Source: Candidatus Moraniibacteriota bacterium
Lineage (GTDB): Bacteria > Patescibacteriota > Minisyncoccia > Moranbacterales > UBA9337
DNA: 64,000 nt
Direction of reading: 5' to 3'
Assembly: GCA_026985555.1 (NCBI GenBank)
Contig: JALSQF010000011.1
Span: 4,571-68,570 of the forward strand
A program made the translations under genes and the position numbers. Every line of letters begins with the position of its first letter. Position 1 is the first letter of the stretch. Of this stretch, positions 28,641-38,181 are shown piece after piece. The notes beneath the pieces are model-generated. The model did not search any database, was not told the DNA's origin, and saw only the letters and a list, made by a program, of their open reading frames with translations.

Positions 28641-29915
28641 ATGTGGGAAAAAATTGCTTTAGTTTTTAAAGTAAAAGAACTAAGAAAAAAAATATTTTTT
28701 GTATTATTTCTTTTAGTAATTTTTCGTTTAGCGGCTAACATTCCATTGCCAGGAGTAAATCTAGAACAATTAAAAAGATTATTTGAAGGAAATCAATTTT
28801 TGGGATTGTTAAATATGTTTTCAGGCGGAGGATTAAAAAGTATTTCCATTGTGCTTTTAGGTGTTGGACCTTATATTACTGCTTCTATCATTATGCAAAT
28901 TTTAACTATGGTAATTCCAGCTTTAGATAAATTAAACAGGGAAGAGGGAGAAGCAGGACGAGAAAAATTTAATATGTGGACACGTTGGCTAACTGTTCCT
29001 TTAGCTATTATTCAAACCTTTGGAATGATTACCTTATTAAAAACTCAACATGTTTTAGGTCTTTTATCTTTAATGCAAACTACGGAAATTATAATTATTG
29101 CAACAGCGGGAACAGTTTTTTTAACTTGGTTAGGAGAACTAATTACCGAAAAAGAGATAGGTAACGGAGTTTCTTTAATAATTTTCGCGGGTATTGTAGC
29201 TGGATTGCCTAGTGGAATTTCTCGTTTAATGAGCACTTTTGATTCCACAGAAGTTTTTAGTTATATTCTTTTTTTAATGATTGCTATTGCTACAGTAATA
29301 GGTGTAGTAATTGTTAATGAAGGACAAAGAGATATTCCAGTTTCTTATGCTAAAAGAGTACATGGCTCACAAATGAGCGGGGGAACTAGCACCCATCTAC
29401 CCTTAAGAGTTAATCAAGCTGGTGTTATTCCAATTATTTTTGCTATTTCCATTATGCTTTTTCCGGGAGTAATTGCTAATTTTTTGTCTCATGCGCATAA
29501 TCCCACTGTAGCTCATTTAGCGCAATCCATAGGTAATCTGTTTCAAAATAAGTTATTTTATGGCACGATGTACTTTTTATTAGTGGTAGCCTTTACTTAT
29601 TTTTATACAGCTGTAGTTTTTGATCCACAGAAAATAGCTGAAAATTTACAGAAACAGGGAGGATATATTCCTGGAATTAGACCAGGAGAACCAACAGAAG
29701 AATATCTTAATAAGATTATGAATCGTATCACGCTTTCTGGATCTATTTTTTTAGGCGCCATAGCTGTGTTGCCCTTAATAGTCCAATCTATTACTAATAT
29801 TGGCAATGTAATGACGGTAGGAGGAACAAGTATTTTAATAGTTGTAGCTGTTGTAATTGAAATTATCAAACAGATAGAAAGTCATATGGTTATGCGTAAT
29901 TATGAGGGCTTTTAG
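28641..29915 (+). CDS. secY: preprotein translocase subunit SecY
   Basis: 424 aa, 10 TM; conserved SecY blocks (GVGPYITASIIMQIL, GREKFN, QRDIPVSYAKR). Confidence 0.95.
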   Translation: MWEKIALVFKVKELRKKIFFVLFLLVIFRLAANIPLPGVNLEQLKRLFEGNQFLGLLNMFSGGGLKSISIVLLGVGPYITASIIMQILTMVIPALDKLNREEGEAGREKFNMWTRWLTVPLAIIQTFGMITLLKTQHVLGLLSLMQTTEIIIIATAGTVFLTWLGELITEKEIGNGVSLIIFAGIVAGLPSGISRLMSTFDSTEVFSYILFLMIAIATVIGVVIVNEGQRDIPVSYAKRVHGSQMSGGTSTHLPLRVNQAGVIPIIFAISIMLFPGVIANFLSHAHNPTVAHLAQSIGNLFQNKLFYGTMYFLLVVAFTYFYTAVVFDPQKIAENLQKQGGYIPGIRPGEPTEEYLNKIMNRITLSGSIFLGAIAVLPLIVQSITNIGNVMTVGGTSILIVVAVVIEIIKQIESHMVMRNYEGF

Positions 29916-29994
29916 TTAATACAAATTATACTTATAATTAATTTTAATTAATTTTTAATCATACTGAAAACCTAAGCACTATTTTTTTATTTTT

Positions 29995-30603
29995 ATGTTA
30001 CTAAGAGCAGAAAAAATAAAAACGAAACATCTTATTAAACACGAAACAAAAAGAAAAGCGCTTTTAAAATTTTCATTGGTTATTTTAATTTTCATTGGTT
30101 ATTTCTTTTTTATTTCCTGGAAATATGGCTATCAACAAGGACTAATTATTACCATTTTAAGTTGGTCCTTTTTTGTTTTATGCACTCCAGTTGCTGACGC
30201 GGGTTTTTTAATTGATTTTCCCTTAAGATTAATTTTAAAAATAAGGATGATAGTTGTGGAAAGTGTAGTGTGGTTAATAGCAATTAGCTTAAATTTTTAT
30301 TTTTTCTTTTTTCATTCAGAATTTTATTTAAAAACTAAATTGTTAGATTTTTTTTATTATATTTTAAGTAATCCCGTTCCTTTTTGGATTATTATTTTTC
30401 TTTCGGCTATAGGAACTTTTGTTTCTGTGCAATTTGGAGATGAGTTAATGGACAAAATTCAAAATCAAGATAGAATTATACATAAGAAACATAGAAAAAA
30501 ATTCCGTTGGATTGTTTCGTTAAGTTTATTTATCTTAACTTTTATAGTTTATAAATTTGTGTTAGAAAAGATGGGTGTGAATATCAATAGTTATTTGCAA
30601 TAG
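29995..30603 (+). CDS. polytopic membrane protein, unknown function
   Basis: 202 aa, 5-6 predicted TM helices, no motif recognised. Confidence 0.5.
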   Translation: MLLRAEKIKTKHLIKHETKRKALLKFSLVILIFIGYFFFISWKYGYQQGLIITILSWSFFVLCTPVADAGFLIDFPLRLILKIRMIVVESVVWLIAISLNFYFFFFHSEFYLKTKLLDFFYYILSNPVPFWIIIFLSAIGTFVSVQFGDELMDKIQNQDRIIHKKHRKKFRWIVSLSLFILTFIVYKFVLEKMGVNINSYLQ

Positions 30604-30683
30604 TAAGATAACAATAAGACAGAAGGTTTTACAAGGATTCTTTAGTTTTTTAAAAAACTAAAAAACAAAAGAAAGGAGGAAAA

Positions 30684-30881
30684 ATGAGAAGTTGGCATAA
30701 GAATTATGCTGACAAGCATTATCAAATTCAAAAAAGAAAAAAAAGGAGGTTAAGATGGATCTTGTTTCAGTTTCAAAAAAACTTATTTGTTTCAAATTCA
30801 AAAAACAAAAAGTGGTTTATGAAAGGAGGTGATCCATCATCTAAGGTAGCATATCTTTTTATTGCTACCGCCAAGGGCTAA
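30684..30881 (+). CDS. small highly basic hypothetical protein, uncertain
   Basis: 65 aa, K/R-rich; AAAGGAGG 8 nt upstream of ATG; two further internal SD-like motifs including GAAAGGAGGTGATCC; terminator hairpin downstream. Confidence 0.3.
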   Translation: MRSWHKNYADKHYQIQKRKKRRLRWILFQFQKNLFVSNSKNKKWFMKGGDPSSKVAYLFIATAKG

Positions 30882-30919
30882 TCCCCCTTGTGTAATTTTC
30901 TTTTTAAATAAAATAAGAT

Positions 30920-30955
30920 AAGAAGAGAAGGCAATCCTTCTCTTCTTTTAATATT
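30920..30955 (+). terminator. Rho-independent (bidirectional) terminator hairpin
   Basis: 12-bp stem AAGAAGAGAAGG-CAAT-CCTTCTCTTCTT flanked by A-run upstream and T-rich run downstream. Confidence 0.6.
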
Positions 30956-30974
30956 TTCTTTAATGATAAATTTT

Positions 30975-31016
30975 TTCTTCTGGCTATTTAAATGGATATT
31001 TAAATAGCCAGAAGAA
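30975..31016. repeat. palindromic intergenic element, copy 2 (19-bp arms, GGAT spacer)
   Basis: TTCTTCTGGCTATTTAAAT-GGAT-ATTTAAATAGCCAGAAGAA perfect inverted repeat. Confidence 0.8.
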
Positions 31017-31183
31017 AAATAGGTTTTGAAAAATAAAAAATATTTTTGAAAAATTAAGTTTTAAGTTAAAAGTTTAATAAGGATATCTGCAATCTGCAAA
31101 GTGATTATTTTATACACAATATTATGTTTATTTTTCTAAGAAAATAGTGTAAAATGAAATTGTTTTTCTAAAAATATTAAATT

Positions 31184-33463
31184 ATGTTTCTCAAAAAGAT
31201 AGAACTTAATGGTTTTAAGTCTTTTGCAAATAAAACTAGTTTAATTTTTTCTTTGCAGAATAATCAAAAACGGCCATCCCTTACAGCTATTGTTGGTCCT
31301 AATGGATCAGGAAAATCTAATATAGCAGATGCTTTACGTTGGGTGATGGGTGAACAATCTTTAAAAAAAATTAGAGGAAAAAGTTCTCAAGATATAATTT
31401 TTGCTGGTTCTAACGGTAAGACATCTAAAAATGTAGCAGAAGTTACTTTATATTTAGATAATCAAGATAAAAAAATTCCTTTAAATTTTAAAGAAATAAT
31501 TATTTCACGGAAACTTTTTCGTTCTGGTGAAGCGGAATATTTTATTAATAAAAGCAGATCGCGTCTTTTAGATGTTGTGGATTTATTAGCTAAAGCGGGA
31601 ATAGGAAAGGGAAATTATTCAGTTATGAATCAAGGAATGACAGATGCTATTCTGAATGCTACCCCATGGGAAAGAAAAAATATATTAGAAGAAGCTGCTG
31701 GCGTAAAACAATTTCAAATCAAAAAAGAAAGAGCTGAAAAAAAATTAGAAGATAGCTTGTTTAATTTATTAAGAATAGAAGATCTGCTTAAAGAAATCAA
31801 ACCACGACTTTCTCACTTAAAAAAACAGAATAAAAAACTGGAAGAAAAAGAAAAGATTTCAAAAGAATTAAAAATTTTACAAGAAAAATTATTTAGTTAT
31901 CGTTGGAAAAAATTATATTTAGAAAAAAAACAATATTTAGAAAAAAAACAAATAGCTAGTAGCGTTTTAATGAATAAACAACGAGAAGTAGATAAAATTA
32001 GTGATGATTTAAAATCATTGTCTCAAGAATATAAGCAAGATACTTTAGAAGAAAAACTAAAAAAAGAAGAAAAAATTTTTCAACAAAAACTTAATGAAGC
32101 TGAAAGAGATTTAATGATAAGTGAAGGTAAAATAGATTTAATCAAGGAAAAAATAAATAACTATTCTCAAAAAACTATTATTCCAGCGGATTTAAGTTAT
32201 TTTAAAAAACGTTGGAACGATTTTTTTCAAAAACAACAGACTTTTTTTCAAAAAATAAAAGAAGCTAAAAATGAGAAAGATTGGAATAATTTAAAAGAGG
32301 AAGCTAAAAAAATTGAAAAGGAAATGCAGAGTATATTGTCAGAACTTAAGGAAGGAAAAAGGGAAATAGATTTAGAAACGGAAAACTTAGAAGAGATTAA
32401 TAAATTGAAACAGATTTTAAATAATTGGAAGAAAAAGCAAAAAGTTTTTTCTCAAAATATTTTAGATAACAGAAAAAAAATAGAAAAAATAAGAAAAGAA
32501 ATAAGAGAAAAAGAAGAATTAATTCAAAAACAACGTCAGCAATTTTTCGTGTTAGAAGAAAAGTTTTATCAAGAACAAGGAGAATTGCGACAATTAAAAG
32601 ATGATTTTAATGACTTAAAAATTTCTTTAGCTCGTTTAGACGTGAAAGAAGAAGATTTAAAAAAAGAAATTCAAAGAGAATTAGGCAAAAGTCCTCAAAA
32701 TCTTATAAATATTTTAGAAAAAATAAATGAAGAAAATTTAGAAAGAAAAGTTTTTCAACTAAAAATCAAAAAAGAAAAAATAGGAGAAATAAATCATTCC
32801 ATTAAAGCAGAATATGAAGAAACCGAAAAACGTTTTAACTTTCTTTTTAAAGAGAAAGAGGACATTGAAAAAGCAGTTAGTTCTTTAAGGGAAGTAATTA
32901 AAGAAATGGATGAAAAAATAAACAAAACTTTCCAAGAAACTTTTCAAAAAGTTAATCAAGAATTTAATAAATATTTTAGAATTATTTTTGGAAGCGGAAA
33001 AGCTCAATTAGTATTAGTGCAGAAAAAAAATAAACCAGATTTAAATGACAATGAAAGTAAAAATAGTGATGAAGAAAAAAAATATTTTCAAGAAAAAAAT
33101 AACAATCAAAAGAAAAAAATTAAACCAGAAACAGGAATTGAAATAGAGGTTTTTCCTCCTCAAAAGAAAATCAAACATCTTTCTATGTTATCAGGAGGAG
33201 AACGATCTCTAACTTCTATCGCGCTTCTTTTTGCTATCATTGCTTACAATCCACCTCCTTTTGTAGTGTTAGATGAAGTGGAAGCAGCTTTAGATGAATC
33301 AAATTCTCGTCGTTTTGGTAAGATCTTAAAAGAACTTTCTTCTAAAACACAATTTATTGCTATTACACACAATAGAGAAACTATGGAGCAAGCAGATTTT
33401 ATTTATGGAGTTACTATGAAAAATAATGGGGTTTCTAAATTACTTTCTCTTAAACTAGAATAA
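31184..33463 (+). CDS. smc: short SMC-family chromosome segregation ATPase
   Basis: 759 aa; Walker A GPNGSGKSN, long coiled coils, C-terminal ABC signature LSGGERSLTSIALLFAI and Walker B VLDEVEAALDE. Confidence 0.75.
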   Translation: MFLKKIELNGFKSFANKTSLIFSLQNNQKRPSLTAIVGPNGSGKSNIADALRWVMGEQSLKKIRGKSSQDIIFAGSNGKTSKNVAEVTLYLDNQDKKIPLNFKEIIISRKLFRSGEAEYFINKSRSRLLDVVDLLAKAGIGKGNYSVMNQGMTDAILNATPWERKNILEEAAGVKQFQIKKERAEKKLEDSLFNLLRIEDLLKEIKPRLSHLKKQNKKLEEKEKISKELKILQEKLFSYRWKKLYLEKKQYLEKKQIASSVLMNKQREVDKISDDLKSLSQEYKQDTLEEKLKKEEKIFQQKLNEAERDLMISEGKIDLIKEKINNYSQKTIIPADLSYFKKRWNDFFQKQQTFFQKIKEAKNEKDWNNLKEEAKKIEKEMQSILSELKEGKREIDLETENLEEINKLKQILNNWKKKQKVFSQNILDNRKKIEKIRKEIREKEELIQKQRQQFFVLEEKFYQEQGELRQLKDDFNDLKISLARLDVKEEDLKKEIQRELGKSPQNLINILEKINEENLERKVFQLKIKKEKIGEINHSIKAEYEETEKRFNFLFKEKEDIEKAVSSLREVIKEMDEKINKTFQETFQKVNQEFNKYFRIIFGSGKAQLVLVQKKNKPDLNDNESKNSDEEKKYFQEKNNNQKKKIKPETGIEIEVFPPQKKIKHLSMLSGGERSLTSIALLFAIIAYNPPPFVVLDEVEAALDESNSRRFGKILKELSSKTQFIAITHNRETMEQADFIYGVTMKNNGVSKLLSLKLE

Positions 33464-33581
33464 TTTATATAAAATAATAAAAGTATTTATTGTCGTTGAC
33501 AAAATGAGTGTTTTTTGCAACAATTTTAATGGTTTTTTGTAAAATAAATATTATTAAACATTATTAAGGAGGTTGTATTAG

Positions 33582-33929
33582 ATGGCGCAAAAAAGAATTT
33601 TGTTTGTAGACGATGATAGTATTTGGAGGGAATTTGCCGAGATACTTTTAGGTGAATTTGAGTTGTTCTTTGCTGAAAATGGCAAAGAAGCTTTGGATAA
33701 AATTAAAGAGGATAGTTTTGATTTGATCATAACAGATACAGAGATGCCTGTTATGAACGGAAAAGAGCTAATTATATACTTAAAAGCTCATTTTCCAGAA
33801 ATGTCCATTATAATGATCAGTTCCTTAGATCATTATAAAAATTGGGCTGATGGCCAGGGAATTTGTTTTATTTCTAAAGAATTTTTTATCTCCTTATTAC
33901 CTATGGAGGTTAAAAAAATTTTAAATTGA
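33582..33929 (+). CDS. stand-alone response-regulator receiver (CheY-like) domain protein
   Basis: 115 aa; acidic pocket FVDDD, phospho-acceptor DLIITDTEMP, conserved S/T and K; AAGGAGG SD. Confidence 0.75.
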   Translation: MAQKRILFVDDDSIWREFAEILLGEFELFFAENGKEALDKIKEDSFDLIITDTEMPVMNGKELIIYLKAHFPEMSIIMISSLDHYKNWADGQGICFISKEFFISLLPMEVKKILN

Positions 33930-33989
33930 TTATTATTGCTTCCTTTAGGCAGAGTTATTAAAACTAACTTTGCTGAAAAGGAAGTTTTT

Positions 33990-35339
33990 TTATTGAGTAA
34001 CAATTTTTAAAATTTCTTTTTTTTTTCTTTCCATAAGATCCTTGTTGTCAGCTTCTAAATTTAATCTTAATATAGGCTCTGTATTGGAAGGGCGGACATT
34101 AAACCACCAACGTTGTCCTTGCGGTTGTTTCCAAAAACTAACTTTAATACCATCTAAAAAACTAATTTTTCCAGTGGAATATTTTTTTTCTAAAGTTTTT
34201 AAAACCTTATCTTTATTTTTAACTTTATTATTAATTTCTCCTGTGTGGTAATAACGATGATAAGCATCAACTAATTGTGAAATGGTTTTCTTAGTTTTTG
34301 ACATTAAATTAAACAAATAAGATATAACTAAAGGTGTGGCTTCTGCATTATAATTTTCTTGAAAATAATAATGTCCTGATAATTCTCCCGCAAAAATAGC
34401 TTTTTCTTCCCGCATTTGTTTTTTAATAAAAGCATGTCCTACCCTACATTCTATGGCTTGTCCACCATTTTCTTCAATTATTTCTTTTACTGCCATGGAA
34501 GAACGTAAATCATAAAGTATTTTAGCGTGAGGATTTTTTTCTAATATTATTTTAGCTACAAGAGCAGTTATGGCATCCATAGGAATAATTTCTCCTTTTT
34601 CATCTACAAACCCAACTCTATCAGCATCTCCATCATAAGCGATACCTAGATCAGATTTATTTTTTATTACCTCTTTTTGTAAATCGTGAAGCGTTTCTGT
34701 TTTTAATGGATTAGCTTCGTGATGAGGAAATTTCCCATCTAAATTAGCGTAAATAGTTTGAACTTTAAAATTTTGAGGAAAACGTTGGTAGAATTCTAAT
34801 TCTAAAATACCCATTGCATTAGCTGGATCAATGGAAAGATTGAATAATTGATTGTGTATTTTTAAAAAAGAAGAAAAATAATTAAAATATTCTTCTTTGA
34901 TGTCATAAGAAACAATTTTTCCTTTCTGGACGGAATTATTATTAAAATTATTTTCTAAAACCATTTTCTCAATTTCTTGTAAACCACTTTCCGCTCCGAT
35001 AGGAATAGCTTTTTTACGACAAAATTTCATTCCGTTATATTGGGCAGGATTATGAGAAGCAGTAATCATAATAGCTCCTTCCACATCTAATTTTCCTGAA
35101 GCAAAATAAAGCATAGGCGTAGTAATAAGTCCTAAATCGTAAACATTAACTCCTTCTTGATTTATCCCTCTAACTAAATGTTTAAAAAGCTGAGGGCTAC
35201 TTTTTCTAATATCTCTACCCACGGCTATTTTTTTGGCTTTTAGAAATTGTGCTGTAGCTCTTCCTATTAAATAAGCTAATTTTTCATTAATTTCTTGCGG
35301 ATAAATACCACGTACATCGTAAGCTTTAAAAATATTCAT
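33990..35339 (-). CDS. phosphohexomutase (phosphoglucosamine mutase / phosphomannomutase family)
   Basis: 449 aa; active-site serine loop IMITASHNPAQYNGMKF, Mg site GIAYDGDADRVGFVDE; length typical of GlmM. Confidence 0.8.
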   Translation of the reverse strand: MNIFKAYDVRGIYPQEINEKLAYLIGRATAQFLKAKKIAVGRDIRKSSPQLFKHLVRGINQEGVNVYDLGLITTPMLYFASGKLDVEGAIMITASHNPAQYNGMKFCRKKAIPIGAESGLQEIEKMVLENNFNNNSVQKGKIVSYDIKEEYFNYFSSFLKIHNQLFNLSIDPANAMGILELEFYQRFPQNFKVQTIYANLDGKFPHHEANPLKTETLHDLQKEVIKNKSDLGIAYDGDADRVGFVDEKGEIIPMDAITALVAKIILEKNPHAKILYDLRSSMAVKEIIEENGGQAIECRVGHAFIKKQMREEKAIFAGELSGHYYFQENYNAEATPLVISYLFNLMSKTKKTISQLVDAYHRYYHTGEINNKVKNKDKVLKTLEKKYSTGKISFLDGIKVSFWKQPQGQRWWFNVRPSNTEPILRLNLEADNKDLMERKKKEILKIVTQ

Positions 35340-35365
35340 AGTTTTTATTTAAATTATTAAAAAAC

Positions 35366-35406
35366 AGAAACAAAAAAATCTGCTTTAGGCAGATTTTTTT
35401 GTTTCT
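35366..35406 (-). terminator. terminator hairpin overlapping ybaB-like stop codon
   Basis: Perfect 18-bp inverted repeat AGAAACAAAAAAATCTGC-TTTAG-GCAGATTTTTTTGTTTCT with flanking A/T runs. Confidence 0.5.
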
Positions 35407-35659
35407 AGAATAAATTAGGAACATTTCCTTCTTTCATTTCTTTTTGTAATTTCTTTTGTATATTTTTAGTAGCTCTATTAATAGCTTTACGAAGATTTTT
35501 TTCTAAGTCTGAGGATTGTTTAGCTTGATCACTGATTTCTATATTTATTATTTGCATAGCTCCGTTAACGGTTATCTTAATACCTTTATAATCTTCAGTG
35601 GCTGTAATATTTTCCATCATTTTTTTCATTTGATAAATTTGTTTCATTTTGTCAAACAT
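35405..35659 (-). CDS. YbaB/EbfC-family nucleoid-associated protein
   Basis: 84 aa; MFDKMKQIYQMKKMMENI...GIKITVNGAMQIINIEI resembles YbaB (MFGKGGLGNLMKQAQQMQ...VKVTINGAHN). Confidence 0.65.
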   Translation of the reverse strand: MFDKMKQIYQMKKMMENITATEDYKGIKITVNGAMQIINIEISDQAKQSSDLEKNLRKAINRATKNIQKKLQKEMKEGNVPNLF

Positions 35660-35744
35660 AAAATATATTTCTAGAATTAAAATTATTTAGATTAAGTTTT
35701 AAGGATTTTGATATTTTTTATTTTTTGAAAAGGATTCCCAAAAT

Positions 35745-36293
35745 CTAAAAACCACGCACTTGAATTTTTTTAGTTTGATCTTTAGCCGCTTTGGGTAATT
35801 TAATAGTGAGAATTCCGTTTTTTAGAGAGGCCTCAGCCTTGTCAGCTAATATATCTGTAGGTAAAACAACAGAACGAGAAAAAGCTCCCCAATAACATTC
35901 TTGATAATAATAATCGTCTTGTGAAACTTCTTCTTCTAATTTTCGTTCTCCTTTTATTGTTACCATATCGTTATTTATGGATACATCTAAATCTTCTGGT
36001 TTGACACCAGCGATAGTTGATTTAATAATAATGTCTTCAGGAGTTTGATAAACATCAATAGTTAGTTGTCCTTCTCCATCATTATCATCTTCTTCTAATT
36101 CTTCTTTTAATTCGTTTTTGTTTTTCCATTGATTGTTTTCTTCTATCGTAGTTTCTTCTTCTGGAATAGTTACTTCTGTTTCCTCATCTTCAGAAAAAAT
36201 ATCCATACTTTCCATTTCTTCTAAAGTTTCATCATCTTCTATTTTTTTACTGCCAGTTAATTTTTCAAAAAATGATCTCTTTGTTTTTGTCAT
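35745..36293 (-). CDS. small heat-shock protein, Hsp20/alpha-crystallin family
   Basis: 182 aa; acidic N-terminus, ACD core, C-terminal GILTIKLPK signature. Confidence 0.85.
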   Translation of the reverse strand: MTKTKRSFFEKLTGSKKIEDDETLEEMESMDIFSEDEETEVTIPEEETTIEENNQWKNKNELKEELEEDDNDGEGQLTIDVYQTPEDIIIKSTIAGVKPEDLDVSINNDMVTIKGERKLEEEVSQDDYYYQECYWGAFSRSVVLPTDILADKAEASLKNGILTIKLPKAAKDQTKKIQVRGF

Positions 36294-36449
36294 ATGTTTA
36301 GATTTCTGTATTTGTTTTTTTACAGAAATATTAATTATATAATTTACTTACTTTTTTAAATTTAAAGCTTAATTTAATTTTATTATAATTTAAAAATTAA
36401 AGCAAGTAAATAAAATTTAATGTGGATAATTTTGATGATTATTTCAATG

Positions 36450-36935
36450 TTAAAAATAAAAAATTATTAAATTATAAACAGAATGAATGAGTAGAGTAAT
36501 AATCAATGCTTTGATTATTTCAGTTAAATTTTGTTTTTGCCTCAAAAAAAAGATAGCTACTGAGAAAGTAATAATATGAACAAAATAAATAGATATAAGA
36601 GGAAAAAATGTAATGGTTGTATTTTTATAATACAATAAAATTGTTTCTAAAAAAGCAAAACCTATCCCACTCAAGAAACTAGCGGAAAAAACAGGCAATT
36701 TGTTTTTCTGATGTGTTTTTAAATAAAGATAAACAAAAATAATTTTAGTAATTTCCTCTATGAAAATAGAAAAAAAGAAGAAAAAATTTAAAAAATTGAA
36801 TTGGATTATGTTTTCTATTTCTGAAGTTTTGTAAAAAATATTCAAAAAAATAATTTCACTAATAAATCCTAATATGGCTGAAAAAATACCAATAAAAAAC
36901 CAATCAAACCAAGAATGTAGTTTTATTTTATACAT
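36450..36935 (-). CDS. polytopic membrane protein (possible CPBP/Abi-like), unknown function
   Basis: 161 aa, about 5 TM helices; C-terminal HSVYN (HxxxN) is the only CPBP-like motif. Confidence 0.45.
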   Translation of the reverse strand: MYKIKLHSWFDWFFIGIFSAILGFISEIIFLNIFYKTSEIENIIQFNFLNFFFFFSIFIEEITKIIFVYLYLKTHQKNKLPVFSASFLSGIGFAFLETILLYYKNTTITFFPLISIYFVHIITFSVAIFFLRQKQNLTEIIKALIITLLIHSVYNLIIFYF

Positions 36936-37085
36936 AAATTAAATAAAGTATTATAATAAAAGTATATCACAACAACTAGCTTTTCTCAAAAAAACTGCTA
37001 TAATACATTAATGAAATAAATTAATTAAATGTTGTTATTAATTTATTGCTAATTAATTTTTTGATAAGTTTTTATAGTTATAATT

Positions 37086-37757
37086 ATGAACATACAATAT
37101 TATGGCCATTCTTGTTTTAAGATAACAACTAAACCAGAGGGTAGGGCCACACAAGAAGTTGTAATTTTTTTAGATCCTTTTGAGAAAAGTATTGGTTTAA
37201 GACCGCCCACAGGAAAAGCTGATTTAGTTTTATGCACTCATAAGCACTATGATCATCACAATGTTTCAGCAATTAAACCTAAAGAAAAAAATGATAAATT
37301 GTTGGTATTAGATACTCCTGGAGAGTATTCCGTAAAAAAAGTTGATATCATCGGAATAGATAGTTTTCATGATAAAGAAAATGGAAAGGAAAGAGGCAGG
37401 AACACTATATTTGTTTTAAACACAGAAAATATAAAATTAGTTCATTTGGGAGATTTGGGAACAGATTTATCTACAGAGCAAAGAGAAAAGTTAGGGGAGG
37501 TAGATGTTCTTATGGTACCTATTGGAGGTAAATATACTATTGACGGAAAAGAAGCCAGTATGCTAATTCGTAAAGTTGAACCACATCTTATCATTCCTAT
37601 GCATTATAAGGTTAAGGGATTAAAGATTGACATTGCTGACGAAAAAGAATTTTGTGGAGAAATGGGTAATTGTCCTCAAGAAAAAGTTAATAAAATTAGT
37701 TTAAAGAAAAAAGATTTAGCAGAAAAAAATATGGAGATAGTATTAATGAGAGCTTAA
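37086..37757 (+). CDS. metallo-beta-lactamase-fold metal-dependent hydrolase (UPF0173-like)
   Basis: 223 aa; MNIQYYGHSCFKI...CTHKHYDHH, LVHLGDLG, HY motifs of MBL fold. Confidence 0.75.
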   Translation: MNIQYYGHSCFKITTKPEGRATQEVVIFLDPFEKSIGLRPPTGKADLVLCTHKHYDHHNVSAIKPKEKNDKLLVLDTPGEYSVKKVDIIGIDSFHDKENGKERGRNTIFVLNTENIKLVHLGDLGTDLSTEQREKLGEVDVLMVPIGGKYTIDGKEASMLIRKVEPHLIIPMHYKVKGLKIDIADEKEFCGEMGNCPQEKVNKISLKKKDLAEKNMEIVLMRA

Positions 37758-37766
37758 AATAAAATT

Positions 37767-38054
37767 ATGGGAATTAGTAAAAAAATAGAAGAAATTCGTC
37801 AGAAGCCAGAACACATTAGATTGAGATATGTTTATGGAGCAGTGGCTATATCAATGATAATAATTATAATTATCTGGATTTTTTCTTTAAAATTAGAATT
37901 AGGAGAAATAAACGATGTTTCTGTTGAAAATAAAGACAATGTTACAAGGGTAAATGAAATAAATAGTTTAGTGCGTCCTCCTTTTCAAGATTATCAAAAA
38001 AATACTCAGAATAAGAATGATAAAAATTTTGAAAATTATCAAAGAGGGGAATAA
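37767..38054 (+). CDS. small single-pass membrane protein
   Basis: 95 aa, one TM (AVAISMIIIIIIWIFSL), polar C-terminus. Confidence 0.4.
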   Translation: MGISKKIEEIRQKPEHIRLRYVYGAVAISMIIIIIIWIFSLKLELGEINDVSVENKDNVTRVNEINSLVRPPFQDYQKNTQNKNDKNFENYQRGE

Positions 38055-38181
38055 AAATAAAAAGTTGACAAGTATTACGTTTTTTTTATAATTATATTAG
38101 TCGTAAAATTTTATATATAACATGTAAATGTAAATTGAATATAATACTTTAAGTAAGTAATTAAAAATAAAAACAAAAAAT

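Noticed and set aside
30818-30832. GAAAGGAGGTGATCC, exact reverse complement of the 16S rRNA 3' end, considered as a possible minus-strand 16S gene end
   Set aside because: No rRNA-like sequence follows on the minus strand; the flanking DNA is the small ORF and then the smc gene. It is treated as an SD-like motif, not an rRNA gene.
33496-33530. TTGACA upstream of the receiver gene as a promoter
   Set aside because: No acceptable -10 element at 16-18 nt spacing.
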